In this document: positions 34,801 to 46,717 of the stretch, in pieces
Layout of the letters: each line of letters opens with the position of its first letter
Numbering within the stretch: the stretch's first letter is position 1
Assembly (NCBI GenBank): GCA_047495785.1
Contig: JBLDXI010000011.1
Coordinates: 1,488,001 to 1,552,000, forward strand
Length of the DNA: 64,000 nucleotides
Direction of reading: 5' to 3'
DNA from: Lepidodermella squamata
Taxonomy: Eukaryota > Animalia > Gastrotricha
Position numbers and translations under genes: made by a program
Notes under the pieces: generated by a model
Told to the model about the DNA's origin: nothing
What the model saw: the letters and a program-made list of their open reading frames with translations, nothing else
The model's database searches: none

Positions 34801-37515
34801 ATCTAACAGCAGACCGTAAAATAGACGTTTTCGTATGGCGCGCAACATTCGGCCGACCGGCTGGTTTTTTCACCAGGTAAACCATACGATCAGGCTGGGC
34901 TTTAAACGCGTAGTCCGGCGGGGCGCCAGAACTTCTCGGCAGCGGTTTATTGAAAAACGAATTCGCCGATGAAACGTTAGCGCGTTCTCTTTGACTCAAC
35001 ATAGCTCCGATAATTGTCGGGCGATACGCGCCTTTCTTCTCAGGCTTCGAGTCGTGGTTATCGCGATTCCACGCTAGGGCGATACATTCCTTCCGCAGGG
35101 CAGTCATAGTATCAGCGAATTCTCTAGCAACGGCTAATTCTTGGCGTAGAACTCGAACGTCCTCACTCTCCCACGGCTCGGGCTCGTCTGAGAACGGGTC
35201 GACAATAATTTCACCCGAGGACGAAAACGCGTGGAATCGGCCGTTTGTAACCCGCGCCAACTCGGCTAGAAACTGATTCGCCTCAGCGTCATGGCAGTTG
35301 AACGAAATCGTGTGAACAGGTAGCAGTCTGCGGTGCGTCGCCTGGGCAATCACAGCTGAACCCGGCTGGTCAGGCCGACCGTCGGTTAACAGATAAACAG
35401 CCTCAGTTTCAGGATCTCCCAAGGCGTAATCCAACGCCGCCATTGTATTAGTCGAACCGGTGCATTCGAGCGACCTAACCCAGGCCCAGGCTGTTCGAAG
35501 GGTTTCCTCGCAAACCGGAGCTAGCCGCGTTTTCCACGCATGGACTTTCGTATTGAACGCAACGATGTTAAATTTCGTCTTATGCCTCAGTTGTTCTTGC
35601 ATCAACTGAAAAATTTTGTCCTTCACGAATTTGATCGACGGAGCCATTGAAGCTGATAGATCAAGCACAATGTAGACCTGGTTCTCTAAGATCGACCCGA
35701 ATAACTCGCGAGAGCCGCTTTTCAGCCACGCGATTCGCTTTTCAATCGCGTCGACTGCGACTCGAAGTGATTCGGTGAACTGGCGGTGAATTTCGCCAGT
35801 AACTTGAACGTGGACTAAACTGCCGTCTCGCCATCGTAAATGCGCGAATTTATGGCAGTAACGGGCGTTTACCATTTTTTGACGAATTACGGCGTCGGTT
35901 TGAAACGCGCTGCCGCCAGGGCTGTGCGGCACATCGACAACGCCGTCGCAGTGGCGAAACGCCACCCCGGCTAGCACGTCGTATAAATCCAATTTTCGAG
36001 CCCTAACACCGTATTTCATCAACCACTCGCGCGATGATAGGTACTCCTCCGCAGTTTCAAACATAGCCTCGGATTTAGCTTTCGCTTGAGCTCTACTTCG
36101 CTCTTTTTCAATCGCCTGCTGCGCAAGTTGACTTTCGGGTAAATCTTTCAGAATTGTCTGAACAATCGCAAGATTGTTTCTTGCAACTTCAATTTCTTCG
36201 TAAAGCTTGAAAACATCCTCACGAACGCCAGCGCCCGGTGGGACTCCTCCGTATAAATATCGTTTGCTAATTACAGGATTGTTAAGCATCGCTGGGGTAG
36301 GCTTTTGTGTCGTGAGTAGCGCTGGATTTATGTCGAAATCCTCGACGCACCAGTTGATAGTATAAGCGTGAAAGCGGCCTCGAGCTGTTGCGGCTAGTTC
36401 CCGCAAGAAACCGAGAGATTCTTCCTCGAATACGTTAAATGCGACGATATTGATTGGCACGTTCATTAGACGGGCTTGTTGTAGCAAGATCTCTCGAGCT
36501 GAGACAGGATCATCACCTCCAGTGAATAAATAAATCGCATCTAATCTCTTGTCACTGCTTGCTTTTAGCAATGCCTCCGCCACTGCTGTTGCCGATGAAA
36601 ACGATCCACTTTCAAGAGTATCAAGCCAGGCAATCGCTGCTTCAAGCGAATCTTTCGTAATAGGAACAGTACACGGTCGCCAGCAATCAACAGTATCAGA
36701 TGATCGGATGAGATTGAGTCGATTTTTCGAGGCAACCTGCTGCCGAAGAACAGCTCGAACAATTGCGAGGTAGTGGCTGAACAGCGATGCATTAGAAGTG
36801 CATAGATTGAGAACGAGGCAGACGTTTTGCTCGGTAACAACTCCAAAAGTCCTCCGGCTTTCGGTCGTCAACCACTCAAGTCGACGCGTGTAGAGACCAA
36901 TCACGCTAACCAGACGTGACTCAAACTGTTGAAGTTTGTCTCGAGTTGCAATGACCTAATTTTAAAACAATTGTACAACAATTTCATAATAATTGGGGGC
37001 ATTTACGTTGTATGACTTCCCGTCGGCAGTGGTAAATCTAGCAAACATTCCGTCAGCGTACCGCGAGCAAATGGGCTTTCCCATCATTTTATCGTAATCT
37101 AAACATTTTAAACGCACATATCGTCAGATGAATGTGAGTAATTATTCTTAACTAACCTGATGAGTGGCGAAAACCAATAGTCCCGAGAATGCAATCGAGA
37201 TCAAGTCGATAATGCCGCAGTGAGTATTTCTTCAACCATTGAGCTGTGGTGCATTGCTCGCCGATATCAGCTTCCCACGCCCGTCCAACTCCATGCGAGT
37301 CCATGTCAGCAAAAATAGCGACATCTTCGCTACCGAGAAGTTGGGGACTGTACTTTCGGAGGGCTTTATCATAATCGAATTGAGGTTCACCTATAAGATT
37401 CAAATAAGCATTCGTAATTGGACAATTCGCTCAGGCTGGAGAACATACCCTCCACGTAGGCAGCCTTACGAACAACATCCAAAGGACCAGTAATTGTTGT
37501 GACAGCTCTTGACAT
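25898..37515 (-). CDS. VWA3B: von Willebrand factor A domain-containing protein 3B-like; exons ~37515-37449, 37390-37157, 37098-37007, 36956-34673, 26770-25898
   Basis: WLKKYSL..L.L..ILGTIGF, SRYADGMF, RRLEWLT.ESR..FG, VWA MIDAS DLSASM..GSTNT..LLTDGRPD, recurring 'WL..G....L' module; phase-0 join 34673/26770 across a ~7.9-kb intron (last exon assignment is inferred). Confidence 0.85.
27146..28267 (+). CDS. Intronless type II membrane GT32 (Gly_transf_sug, DXD) glycosyltransferase, SUR1/CSH1/OCH1-like, nested antisense in the VWA3B intron
   Basis: N-terminal TM helix, IPKILHQTWK, LWTD, RADLMRY..M..YGGIYADLD, TGP, SW. Confidence 0.9.
   Translation: MPPSLIFAHKMLLKLKLLQLSNLRQLLAILAILAIIIVSILAIIFTVQKSTNLQRIKDGMVNYGEFLDFSNATISNPVQKSTAKKSKFDQLDQSLLQLNENFIPKILHQTWKREKLPENYEKYRETWLKFHGENWTHHLWTDQENTELIRNFYSWLLPIYENLPIGVMRADLMRYVYMHRYGGIYADLDMEPLKPLDFLLDNAEYPVILGYMSRSSTDQHNIPASLIISQPGHMLWSIVLGKIMENVKKYPKNTRPEYITGPFAFHKSIVSYLELSPFYNNSMQPGEALGNLTEIVADLQMLAPGLIFPYNWAMKDTHVGKLCSAESTDHNSERCKKFFPDAYTIQYSGYSWKEEWEEFINDNFDGAFSIAID
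28555..29154. mobile_element. Foldback MITE with ~150-bp arms interrupting the left TIR of the large element
   Basis: gctcactattgtggcgcaacacctgtcgcaaacaat... inverted at ...attgtttgcgacaggtgttgcgccacaatggtgagc; no clear TSD. Confidence 0.75.
28664..28843. mobile_element. Tc1/mariner-type palindromic MITE, 180 bp
   Basis: ta|cagggtggcc ... ggccaccctg|ta; removal restores the arm symmetry of the host foldback element. Confidence 0.88.
31339..32514. mobile_element. Element bounded by ~50-bp imperfect inverted repeats
   Basis: acgtcgtttttacacgacggaggggtacggaggcgttcgttaa vs ttaacgaacgcctccgtaaccctccgctagtctaaaaacgacgt; TSD not resolved. Confidence 0.55.
32556..34080. mobile_element. PIF/Harbinger-type non-autonomous element splitting the right TIR of the large element
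   Basis: tta|agccccttttacac ... gtgtaaaaggggct|tta (3-bp TTA TSD); subterminal atggtaa repeats. Confidence 0.88.
33435..33554. mobile_element. Small Tc1/pogo-like (CCGTA-ended) MITE
   Basis: ta|ccgtattgctgcaaatactaaccc ... gggtcagtatttgcagcaatacg|ta. Confidence 0.75.
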
Positions 37516-38685
37516 TTTACTTCCTGTTTTCAGCGCCTAAATAAAGCCTTAAATCACTCGGAGCTAAGACTTATTGACAGAGACCTGGCAAGGCTGACAT
37601 CATGGCTATTTCGTCGATTTTCCGATTAAAGGATTTACTAGCAACGCTTCCTTAGTTACATTTTAATTTCGAGCTTTGTTTAAAATTAGTATTGAATAAA
37701 TTTTATTTAAGTATTGTTAATAAAAGTGAAATATTTTGGCGGCGAACTTTTGAAAGCAAAAACTACAAACTTGATCGCGTAACGCGTAACAACTCAACAT
37801 GGCGGAGGATCCATCGGCGCGTGCCGCGGGAACGGGTGTTAGAGCGGGAAGATGGATGAAGTTTTGTGTTTTACGACTAAGGAACTGCCATTGTCATTGT
37901 CACTGCCATTGTCATGTAGACAGCGAAATACTTGAACGTTTATGTAACGTTCGAAATTGCGTTGTCTAACACAAATCAGTATTGATCATTCATCAACTCA
38001 GCGCGAGAAATAGGCCTGATAATTCTTATGCTTGTTATCCTACTGATTGCTACTAAATCGCACCTATAAGAGTTACTCATCACCATCGAAAGAACCATAA
38101 ATAAAGGATCATCCCTCGTCATAACCAATCTCACTTTTTCTGTAATCGTCGTTTATGGTCATTATTAAGGAAAGTTGTCTTCAGTTTTCAATGATACGTT
38201 GCTACACATATGCCCGAGTGTTCTTAAGATGACCGTTCTATATTAGATAAACTGCTATCCTCAGAAATAGTAATCGTGGCCAGCTCGCCCCCTTTGTCTC
38301 CTGACTCCTGACCGTGGTACCCTTGCGCCGTCCTTTCACAGCTGCGAATTATGCCGCACTCTTTGCATTAATCCCATAATCTCCCAAGCTCAGTTCCTTT
38401 GCTAGACTTCCAACTTTTAACGCCGTTCTTAGGGCTTCTCCAAGAGACCACTTGACTTTCTTTTTCTCCTTCAATTGGATCAATTTCGGTTTGTGGAATG
38501 CATTAACCAAGAGCATATTACCCACTTGAAGAACACGGAGCCTTTGGTTTGAACCAGAAATAATGACAATCTGATGCTCATTTTGTCACTTATCCGGAAG
38601 CCAATAGAAAGTCTTAGATAGCCGTAAATATTACAATTTTTGTGGTAGAACTTCTTTTGCTACATTTTATTTGTTTAACCATTCG

Positions 38686-39501
38686 ATGGCCAACGCTCCA
38701 ACAGACAACGGTTAGTTACCTTGAACTTCTGGTGATTTCTTAAATTCACTGGTGGCATTTCAAGAGATTTTTACTTCGGATCCCCTTAGGCCACAAGACG
38801 AATTTCAATTAAGACTCACTGAGTTGCTTTGTTTGCCTCACTGAGTTTATTGGTTGAGATCTGGTGTAATTAAATGATCGTTACAAGTCACTTGAATTGT
38901 TCATGCACTGTTTTCATTGTTTGCCTGTGCTTATTTCTTATACAGGTGAAATCATTCAAATGTTGCGGGTGATACTGGAAGGTCAGGCCGCTCTCAAGGC
39001 GGAGCTGGCTGAATTAAGGCTTGCTACTCAAGCCACTGCCCAGGCCGCCGCCAAAGCCGCTGAAGCTGCTGCCCAAGCAGCTCAAGCCGCTGCAAAAGCC
39101 GCCGAAGCAGCAGCAAGAGCCGCCACCTCGAGACCCACCGTGAGTTTTATCATGATTTTTGTAGTTGAGTAATCTCGTGGTGAATTTCAATTGAAATCTG
39201 TTTTTTCTAATTTTCCAGAAGTACAACGAGAAATTTGGGAAAATAGGGAAATTTTTCAAAATTAGCACGAAAATCAGGGATCACCTTTCCAAAATTGCAT
39301 TCCTAAACCTAGAATGATAACTGATCCATATTTGATTTGTCATTCCACTATGAGAAATTAGGTCGGGGCGGTTAATTTTGTGATAAATACACACGGATTG
39401 TAATTGCCAATATTTTGACGTGATAATGATAATGGACTACTGTAATTTTCCTGTTCCCCTAACAGGATCTGCTCGTATCGAAATGTCGTCTTCAGAAATG
39501 A
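38686..39501 (+). CDS. Ala-rich coiled-coil microprotein, copy 1 (~84 aa); exons 38686-38710, 38946-39139, 39466-39501
   Basis: Phase-1 then phase-0 GT-AG introns give MANAPTDNG-EIIQML...SRPT-DLLVSKCRLQK*; structure shared with copies 3 and 4 (first exon is the least certain). Confidence 0.65.
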
Positions 39502-40026
39502 TTGGCATGCGCTGGTTCACTGTGATTTGTTTCTCAATCTCAGACTTTCGTGACAATTTCTCTTCTAGTTTCAGTGTTTGTGATGCTGATTGCTTTTATG
39601 AAATTTAGCGTTTAAAGTATTCATTGATCGGTTCTTTTGTTTCTCGGCTATAACGTTGAAAAAAACGAATAAATTTTCCGGCCGCTGTCAGCTCATTTCA
39701 ATGTCGCTTTCAAGGATCGGTTATGAAAGCAGAATTACTTTTATTCTAGAAATTTCCGTAAATTTTTGAAAATCAAGAATAATGTCGGACCCATCCTTTA
39801 ACGGTCGAATAACGAATGAGAAGTTAGCAAACTCGTGGGTTGAAATATTTTTTTTTCATTCTCCCTCATTGTTTTTCACCAGCTGTACAGTGATCTTGCA
39901 TGATAATTGAATATTTTATTTATTTTTAGAACACATTTCACTTGATTTAGCCACATGAATATAGCCGAAAATAAGGGTAAGCTATCTTGAAATTCTGATG
40001 AATGGCTTTTTAACTGATCCTTGTAG

Positions 40027-40256
40027 ACATTGCTGAACTGGCCAAGGCCATTTTGGCCGAGCTGGCCGTCGTCTAGCGGGCCGCCGAAGCCGCGCAAGCG
40101 GCCGCCGAAGCAGCCCAAACGTCCGCCAAAGCCACCGAAGTCAGAGCTGCCGCCCAAGCCGACGAAATGGCCGCCGTACGGCTGGAATTGGCCGCGGTGA
40201 GGCGGGCGGCTGAAGCCGCACAAGATGCCGTCCAAGCTCAGGCTGCCGAAATATGA
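40027..40256 (+). pseudogene. Ala-rich microprotein copy 2, disabled
   Basis: Acceptor ttgtag then IAELAKAILAELAVV*RAAEAAQAAAE...QAQAAEI*; TAG at 40074, no donor or third exon found. Confidence 0.7.
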
Positions 40257-40646
40257 TCAAAGTGGGACGTGTTCGAAGCGCGCTTTAGCCAACGCTATTT
40301 TTTATGATTTATTTTTGAAATTTGGCCGAAAATGAAGTTTTGGCAATTTTCATGTTTTATGTTAGTCATCAGGCGACCTTGTGACTAATACCACAATTAG
40401 TCACAAGCAGGCGACCCCCTTGACCCCTAGTTTGAAAAGCACTGCTTTAACGTTTTTAAAATTCATGCGAAATTATTTCAAGATTCGGTTCGAACCCAGC
40501 GAATAACAATTCTTTAGCTGTCTGTTTAGGAATGCAGTCGTGGAATATGCTAATTTATTAATTAATTATTATTTATTTATTTATTTATTATTAGAACACG
40601 TCCGGTTTAATTTATTGCTGTAATAAATTGCTGTTTAATTGCTCCA

Positions 40647-41752
40647 ATGGCCGAGAATCGAGACAACGCACAGCTCAACAACAGCTCAACTGCGCAAATG
40701 TGTAAGCTATCGTTTACTGCTTAGTCTGAGAAAGTTTTTAATTTTCCTTCTAATTCTTCTAATTCGGTTGAATGGCTTGTTTTACTGATGATTGAAGACA
40801 TTGCAAGAGTTCTTGTACATTCATTCTGTTTCAATGCTGCTTTGAAGTTGTCCTGAAAGAAATATGGTTAACTACTAAGGGTTTAGCATCAAATTTAGTT
40901 GGGTTTTATTTGCTTAATTCTTGGTACTTGTGGGATTTGCTGTAATTTCATGACCCAAGTTACTCATGCATTGTTTTCATTGTTTTCTTGTGCTTCTCAG
41001 CTATACAAGATTTCATGCGCACTGTGCTGGCTGAGTTGGCCGCGGCGAGGGAGGAGCGGGCGGAGTTGCGGGCTGTCGCTCGAGCGCAGGCTGCGGAGAT
41101 CAGCGAGTTGCGGGCTGCCGTCCGTCGCCTCGAGGGGACGTCTCGTCCAAACGTAAGTTACTTAATAATAATAAACAAGGCTATTGCATCTCTTGCTGCA
41201 ACTTCTCTCGAGTATCGGGGCGATAGATAACATCGGATACATTGGGCTGTCAACTAAGGGTCAAACGTTCCACCACGCCTCCTCAGCCTTGTTTTGTCAT
41301 TGAATTTCAGAAAAAAATCTCCTGTATGATGCGATTTGCCTAAGTATCAGGCAAAATTTGTAAATTTTCTTTATTGTTCACGAAATTCGATTTCAGGGGC
41401 AATTCTTTTTAGTCGTGAAATGAGCAAAATCTCAGGGTTCAGGGTAGTGAAATTCATAAGAAATGTCAACAATTTAGTAAAATCCTCTTATGAGAACTCT
41501 GGTTTAGTTAATGAATATAATGATGAATATTAAATGGGTTCCATCATTACTTGGCACACCCTGTTAAAATGAATGGCGTCTACAGCACTTTTCGGCCGAC
41601 CGGCTCTCGCCGATTTGCTATTGATACTGCACATTTTCTGATTCAATAACAAGAATAACGCTTTTACAACATCGATGCAATTTTCCTGTTTCCCCCCACT
41701 ATAGAAGGATCTGCGGCGGATCGTGTTGTCGAAATCTCGTCTTCCGAAATGA
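40647..41752 (+). CDS. Ala-rich coiled-coil microprotein, copy 3 (~83 aa); exons 40647-40701, 41001-41152, 41705/41708-41752
   Basis: gtaagc and gtaagt donors; frame-consistent MAENRDN...-IQDFMRTVLAEL...SRPN-(K)DLRRIVLSKSRLPK*. Confidence 0.75.
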
Positions 41753-42262
41753 TGCATCTGCGTGCGAGGATTTATTATGGTTGCTTTGTTGAATTACTAT
41801 GATATCTGCTAATTCTTTTGTTGTTGTTGAAATTTCTTGTTCGAACTCGGAAAATTCAAACGATTAACTGCTGGATTGTTGTCCATAAAAGCACGGGTGT
41901 AAGAATTGATTACGGACTAGCTGAGCGTTTTTATCTAATCTCGATCGGCATTCTTCCGCGATCGGTCGAACATCCTAATTTGTTGGCTTGATTGAAGGTA
42001 CGATTTGTGATCTGTTATCGATTTTTCAGAATTGAATCATAATTTAATAATATCGCCTTAGGATGAATTTTGCCATATCCCATAAAACTGCAAGATTGTT
42101 ATCCCTAAATTGCGTTGTTTATGGCAATGATTTGACATAATATAAATAAATCCATTCTTCTTGAAAAATCGTTGTATATCCACAAAACCTTTTTTCATCT
42201 GTTAGAAAAATTATCTGTTACACATTTTTTTGGCATCGAAAAAGCGATTTCTTACGTACAAA

Positions 42263-44378
42263 ATGGAGAATACTGCTGCTACCACTGCTGCGTCTGCTAC
42301 GAGCGCAACAACCGAGATCAGTAAGCTATCTTTCTATACGTTTACCAGTGCTTTGGATTTGATTTGATTTGATTTGATTTACCGAGAGGGATGCAATCGA
42401 AAAACTTGAAATTTTGGATGTCGTTATACTAAGATATTTCCGCCTGTTTTGCTGAAAATTCGCTTGGGAGAGGGACGTTAGTTTCAAATTCGCGTTATTT
42501 TATTCATTACTTGAATTTTCAAAGCCCCCAGATTGGTGAAAATCCTGATGTTTCGTGATTTATTGTGATTTATGAGTATCAATGATTCGATTTGATTGAT
42601 TTGGTTCCGTAAAAGTGGGGCATTGATTGATTTTGATTGATTGAATGAGGCCCGTGATTTAAGCCGTAATTCAACTCAAATCAAATCCAAAGCTCTGACG
42701 TTTCCTCTGAGAAACTAGAACAACGGCAAATGATTGTTCATCAATGAAACTATCATAATTTGTCCGGAAAAAGTTCGATGAAAACCTGAATTGTCCTGCT
42801 TTGTCGGGTTTTGTTGATAATTTTTATATACATTTCGGTACCCAGAAATTCGAGGCAGTTTAATGATCGATAAAAGTAAAGAACGATTGTAATTGTTTGC
42901 CTGTAATTACTGATGATTGAAGACATCGCAAGAGTTCTTGTACATTCATTCTGAGTGATGTCCTATGTTTAAAGTTTAAATGCTGCTTTGAAATTTTCGT
43001 GAAAGAAATATTGTTATCAAATGTAGTTGGGTTTTATTTGGTTAATTCTCGGATATGAGATCCGCTGTAATTTAATGACCCAAGTTTTTCATGCATTGTT
43101 TTCTTGTGACTAATAGCTATGCAAGACTTCATGGTCAGCGTGCTGGCGGAATTGGCCGCGACGAGGCGGGCAGCGGAAGCCGCTCAAGCTGCCGCGGAAG
43201 CCGGCCAAGCCGTCGCCCGAGCTCAGGCGGCGGAGATCGGCGAGCTGCGGGCTGCCGTCCAAGCGCAGGCTGCCGAAATCGGCGAGGTGCGGGCTGCCGT
43301 CCGTCGCCTTGAGGGGACGTCTCATCCAAACGTAAGTTACCTAATCGCGTTGAACAAGGCTATGGAATCTTTATTGAATTGCGTCTCTCCTTGCAACTTC
43401 TCTCGAGTTCTCATATCGGGGCGATTGATAACATCGGAAACATTTAAGGGTCAAACGTTCCAACTTGCATGCAATTCTACGCCTCGCCATGTATTGTCAT
43501 GGTGACTAGTGGAAAAATCGGTTTTCGGAAAAACGTGTCCTGTATGATGCGCTTTGCCTAAATATCAAGCTGAATTTGTAGATTTTCTTCATTTTTCACG
43601 TAATTCGAATTCAGGGGCGAATCGTGAGCAATATCTCAGGGTTCAGGGTAGCAAAACATATAAGAAATGTCAACAATTTAGTAAATGCTCAAATCCTCTT
43701 ATGAGAACTTGGGTTTCGTTGCTGATGATTATAAAATGGATCCAAACATTCGCACCACTAAAATGAAGTTCCAGCACTAAATTTAACGTCTTTGTACACA
43801 TTTTTCATATTAGGTATTTGATATTTCGGGTTTTCTTTTTTGGATGGATACTCTTGCGCCAACTGAACCTAGCATTTTTTGTTCAAGCTACCTGGCGCCC
43901 TAAGCTTCGTAGAAAATTTTCGCTGGTGGGTTCCACGACGGCTGTTATCGGAAAAATCACTAATTAGCAATATCGATACTTGAAATCGATATCTGCTGTA
44001 TATGCTGAAGTATAACTCATAAACTGACCGCTTATAGCCCAAAATAAGCGTCTATTAGTTGGGCATGATCTTGAAAAATTGAGGATACATGAAACGCGAA
44101 AAAAAATATCTAAGGGAAATCTCGTGCTAGAGTCTCAAATTTGGTGCTGGAACCCTACATTAAGGTTACGCAATTGGCACACCCTGTTAAAATGAATAGC
44201 GTCTACAGCACTTTCCGGCAATCCGGCTCTCGCCGATTTGCTATTGATAGGCTACTGCACATTTTCTGATTTAATAACAAAAATAACGCTTTTACAATAT
44301 CAATGCAATTTTCCTGTTTCCCCTCGCTAGAAGGATCTGCGGCGGATCGTCTTGTCGAAATCTCGTCTTCCGAAATGA
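42263..44378 (+). CDS. Ala-rich coiled-coil microprotein, copy 4 (~105 aa); exons 42263-42320, 43117-43331, 44331/44334-44378
   Basis: Same donors, acceptors and phases as copy 3; the introns are alignable paralogues of 40775-41770. Confidence 0.75.
42346..42697. mobile_element. hAT-type MITE in intron 1 of microgene copy 4
   Basis: TIR cagtgctttggatttgatttga / tcaaatcaaatccaaagctctg; 8-bp flanks acgtttac / acgtttcc. Confidence 0.82.
43766..44157. mobile_element. Probable MITE in intron 2 of copy 4 (absent from copy 3)
   Basis: gttccagcactaaattt / aaatttggtgctggaac inverted ends; a similar end occurs near 48990; TSD unclear. Confidence 0.55.
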
Positions 44379-45103
44379 TTCATCTGCGTGCGAGGATTCA
44401 TTGTGATTCGTTTGTTCGAAGTCTGTAAAATGCATCGATTGCTTGATTACTGTAACACCGGCAACTTGGGATGTAAAAATTGACTGCGGACTGGCTCAAC
44501 GTTTAACTACATTGTCGCGTGATCAACCAATTTTTATTAATTGACGGCTGAGTTTAATTGCTTCAATAAATGATTAAAAGTAAATGGATCACCGAATATT
44601 GTCAAATTTCTCTAGAATTTTCATTAACCTTGAGATGTCGCGTGAAGTTGTATGATTGTTATGGTTTTTTGATGAAATGTATTATTTGTTGTTGAGATTT
44701 CGAAATTAGGTATAACCAAGATGATGCGGTAATGAATTTACGGCAATTCAGCTCTCGCCGATTTGCTATGTCATCGTTTGCAATGATTTTTTCAATTCCG
44801 AATTATAAAATAGCATTGTATATTGTAACTGAGAAAAATTATAATTTAATTGAAGCAGAAAAATAATAAAGCATGGAAGTAAAAACATTGTGGTTTAATA
44901 TGTTGCATATATAAAAATTAATGAAAAATGCCCCAAAACGTTCTCTAACATACTGCTATTTCATAAATGACCGCTGCAAAGTGAAACGTGATCTTAGCGA
45001 TTTTTCAATAATTTGATAATTATATCAATATTTTTCTTATTTTTAGAAATTAAAAAGTATATATTTGTGAACATTGGACTCGTCTCTGCTCGACTCAATA
45101 GAA

Positions 45104-45949
45104 ATGTCTCAAGTTCAGTGTGGTCCGAACGTCTCTCGCTGCTTGGAAAATCTCCCTCCTGATATTTGGCTGGCAATATTTTCCAAACTTGACCTTATCG
45201 ATTGGTCTAATTGCGCTCAAACCTGCCGGCAATGGCGCGAAGTCATTCAAAGCGACTCGAATCTCATCGCGAAATTGCGAAACGAATTTTTAGACTTGAA
45301 ATTGCCAATCGACCATGAAGAGCTTTCAAAAATTCGAAAAATTCTCACGGCTCAAGACTCAATTTTCTCGAGAAAAGGTCTGAATTTCGCGGCTAAAAAT
45401 TGGTCCGCACAATTTATAGATTTGGGAGAAATCGAAAATTTCAGTCCATCTTCTGACGATATAATTAACATTTTGCTGAAACTCGATAGCAAATCTTGGC
45501 TCGAGAATTCTGTCACGTTTTTTATTTACGAAAATCACGAATTTACGCTAATCGATTTTGACAAAATTTTCGACTGTGGATCGATTTTCACTCGAATTAT
45601 GTCGAATTTCGGCTTTCCTATCGTTATTGGACCCTACAGCCGTGCACCAATCGATGGAAATTTCTTCATTCTGGACTCAAATTTGCGCAAAGTCGAAGTT
45701 GAAGTTCAAATTGCGAGATCTTTCAGCGTTATCAATCGATTTCCGGTCGGATTTCGTTACGTTCTCATGCGAAATATGCAGTATTTCAAGCGAATTCGAT
45801 CAATGTGGCCTTGTCAGTTGCGCAAATCGCTGGTTAAATTGAACGATCTCAATAATCGAAGATCGGCGATGGCTGCTCGCAATTTCGCGTCTGGAGATGA
45901 GTTTGTTCATGACGAGGGCAATTCGGATGAAAATGACAGCTTGATTTGA
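45104..45949 (+). CDS. F-box protein, subfamily A copy 1
   Basis: LENLPPDIWLAIFSKLDLIDWSNCAQTCRQWR F-box; novel C-terminal domain with IRSMWPCQ; acidic tail. Confidence 0.88.
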   Translation: MSQVQCGPNVSRCLENLPPDIWLAIFSKLDLIDWSNCAQTCRQWREVIQSDSNLIAKLRNEFLDLKLPIDHEELSKIRKILTAQDSIFSRKGLNFAAKNWSAQFIDLGEIENFSPSSDDIINILLKLDSKSWLENSVTFFIYENHEFTLIDFDKIFDCGSIFTRIMSNFGFPIVIGPYSRAPIDGNFFILDSNLRKVEVEVQIARSFSVINRFPVGFRYVLMRNMQYFKRIRSMWPCQLRKSLVKLNDLNNRRSAMAARNFASGDEFVHDEGNSDENDSLI

Positions 45950-46717
45950 CCTTTTCACTTCCTCAATATTTCTCCCTTTAATTATTCACGCTCAGAAAGA
46001 TCTCAATCATATTGTGTCATATAAAATTGATTTTTAAGGCAGAAATAAAATTGAATGTTTTAGCTCAATTTGTGCAATTTTAAGCTGGATAAGAGCGATT
46101 TTTGTAGTCATTTTTTAAAAAATTTTGAATGGGGTTTTTAAAGTGAAATATTATCTAGTAGTGCGGGAAACAAAGTCGAGAAAATAACACAATTTTAGTG
46201 CGCGAAAGTTCGGAAAAAATGGTTTAGGGTGATCCGGAAATCGTTTGGGGTCTGCGAAACTTGTGAATTTACCATGCCTCTGTTGGAAGTTGAGAAATAC
46301 AATTAAATATGTTTTCATTTTTGTCAACGATTTGAGAGGATAATTTTCGAATAAAAGTTCAAATTTCTAATTTTTGCTATCATCGAGGAATTTTTCGCAG
46401 TCCAATATAAAATGTGAGCATAGAAAATGCAGGAAAAATTATTTTGATCCAACCCGGTTAAACACCAAAAATTACAAAAAATGTTGTACCATCGGGATTT
46501 TCTGCGGTGGATGTAAAAAATTTAGACCGAAATTTTTCAAAAATATTTATTGCAAAAAAACATGCGAAACCCCTTAAAAATTCGTTCGGTAAATTTTGCT
46601 AGGCCGCAAATGGTAAGTTTAATTTTTTTAAATTGACGAATTCCGAAATATAGTAGCCAGAGACATTTGAATATAATTATTTCTGATTTTTCAATAGATT
46701 AATTTTTGAGATATAAA

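Noticed and set aside
38200-38520. Minus-strand fragment resembling an RI-type leucine-rich repeat (SLGEALRT..KELSL...I)
   Set aside because: Single degenerate repeat with stops; too weak
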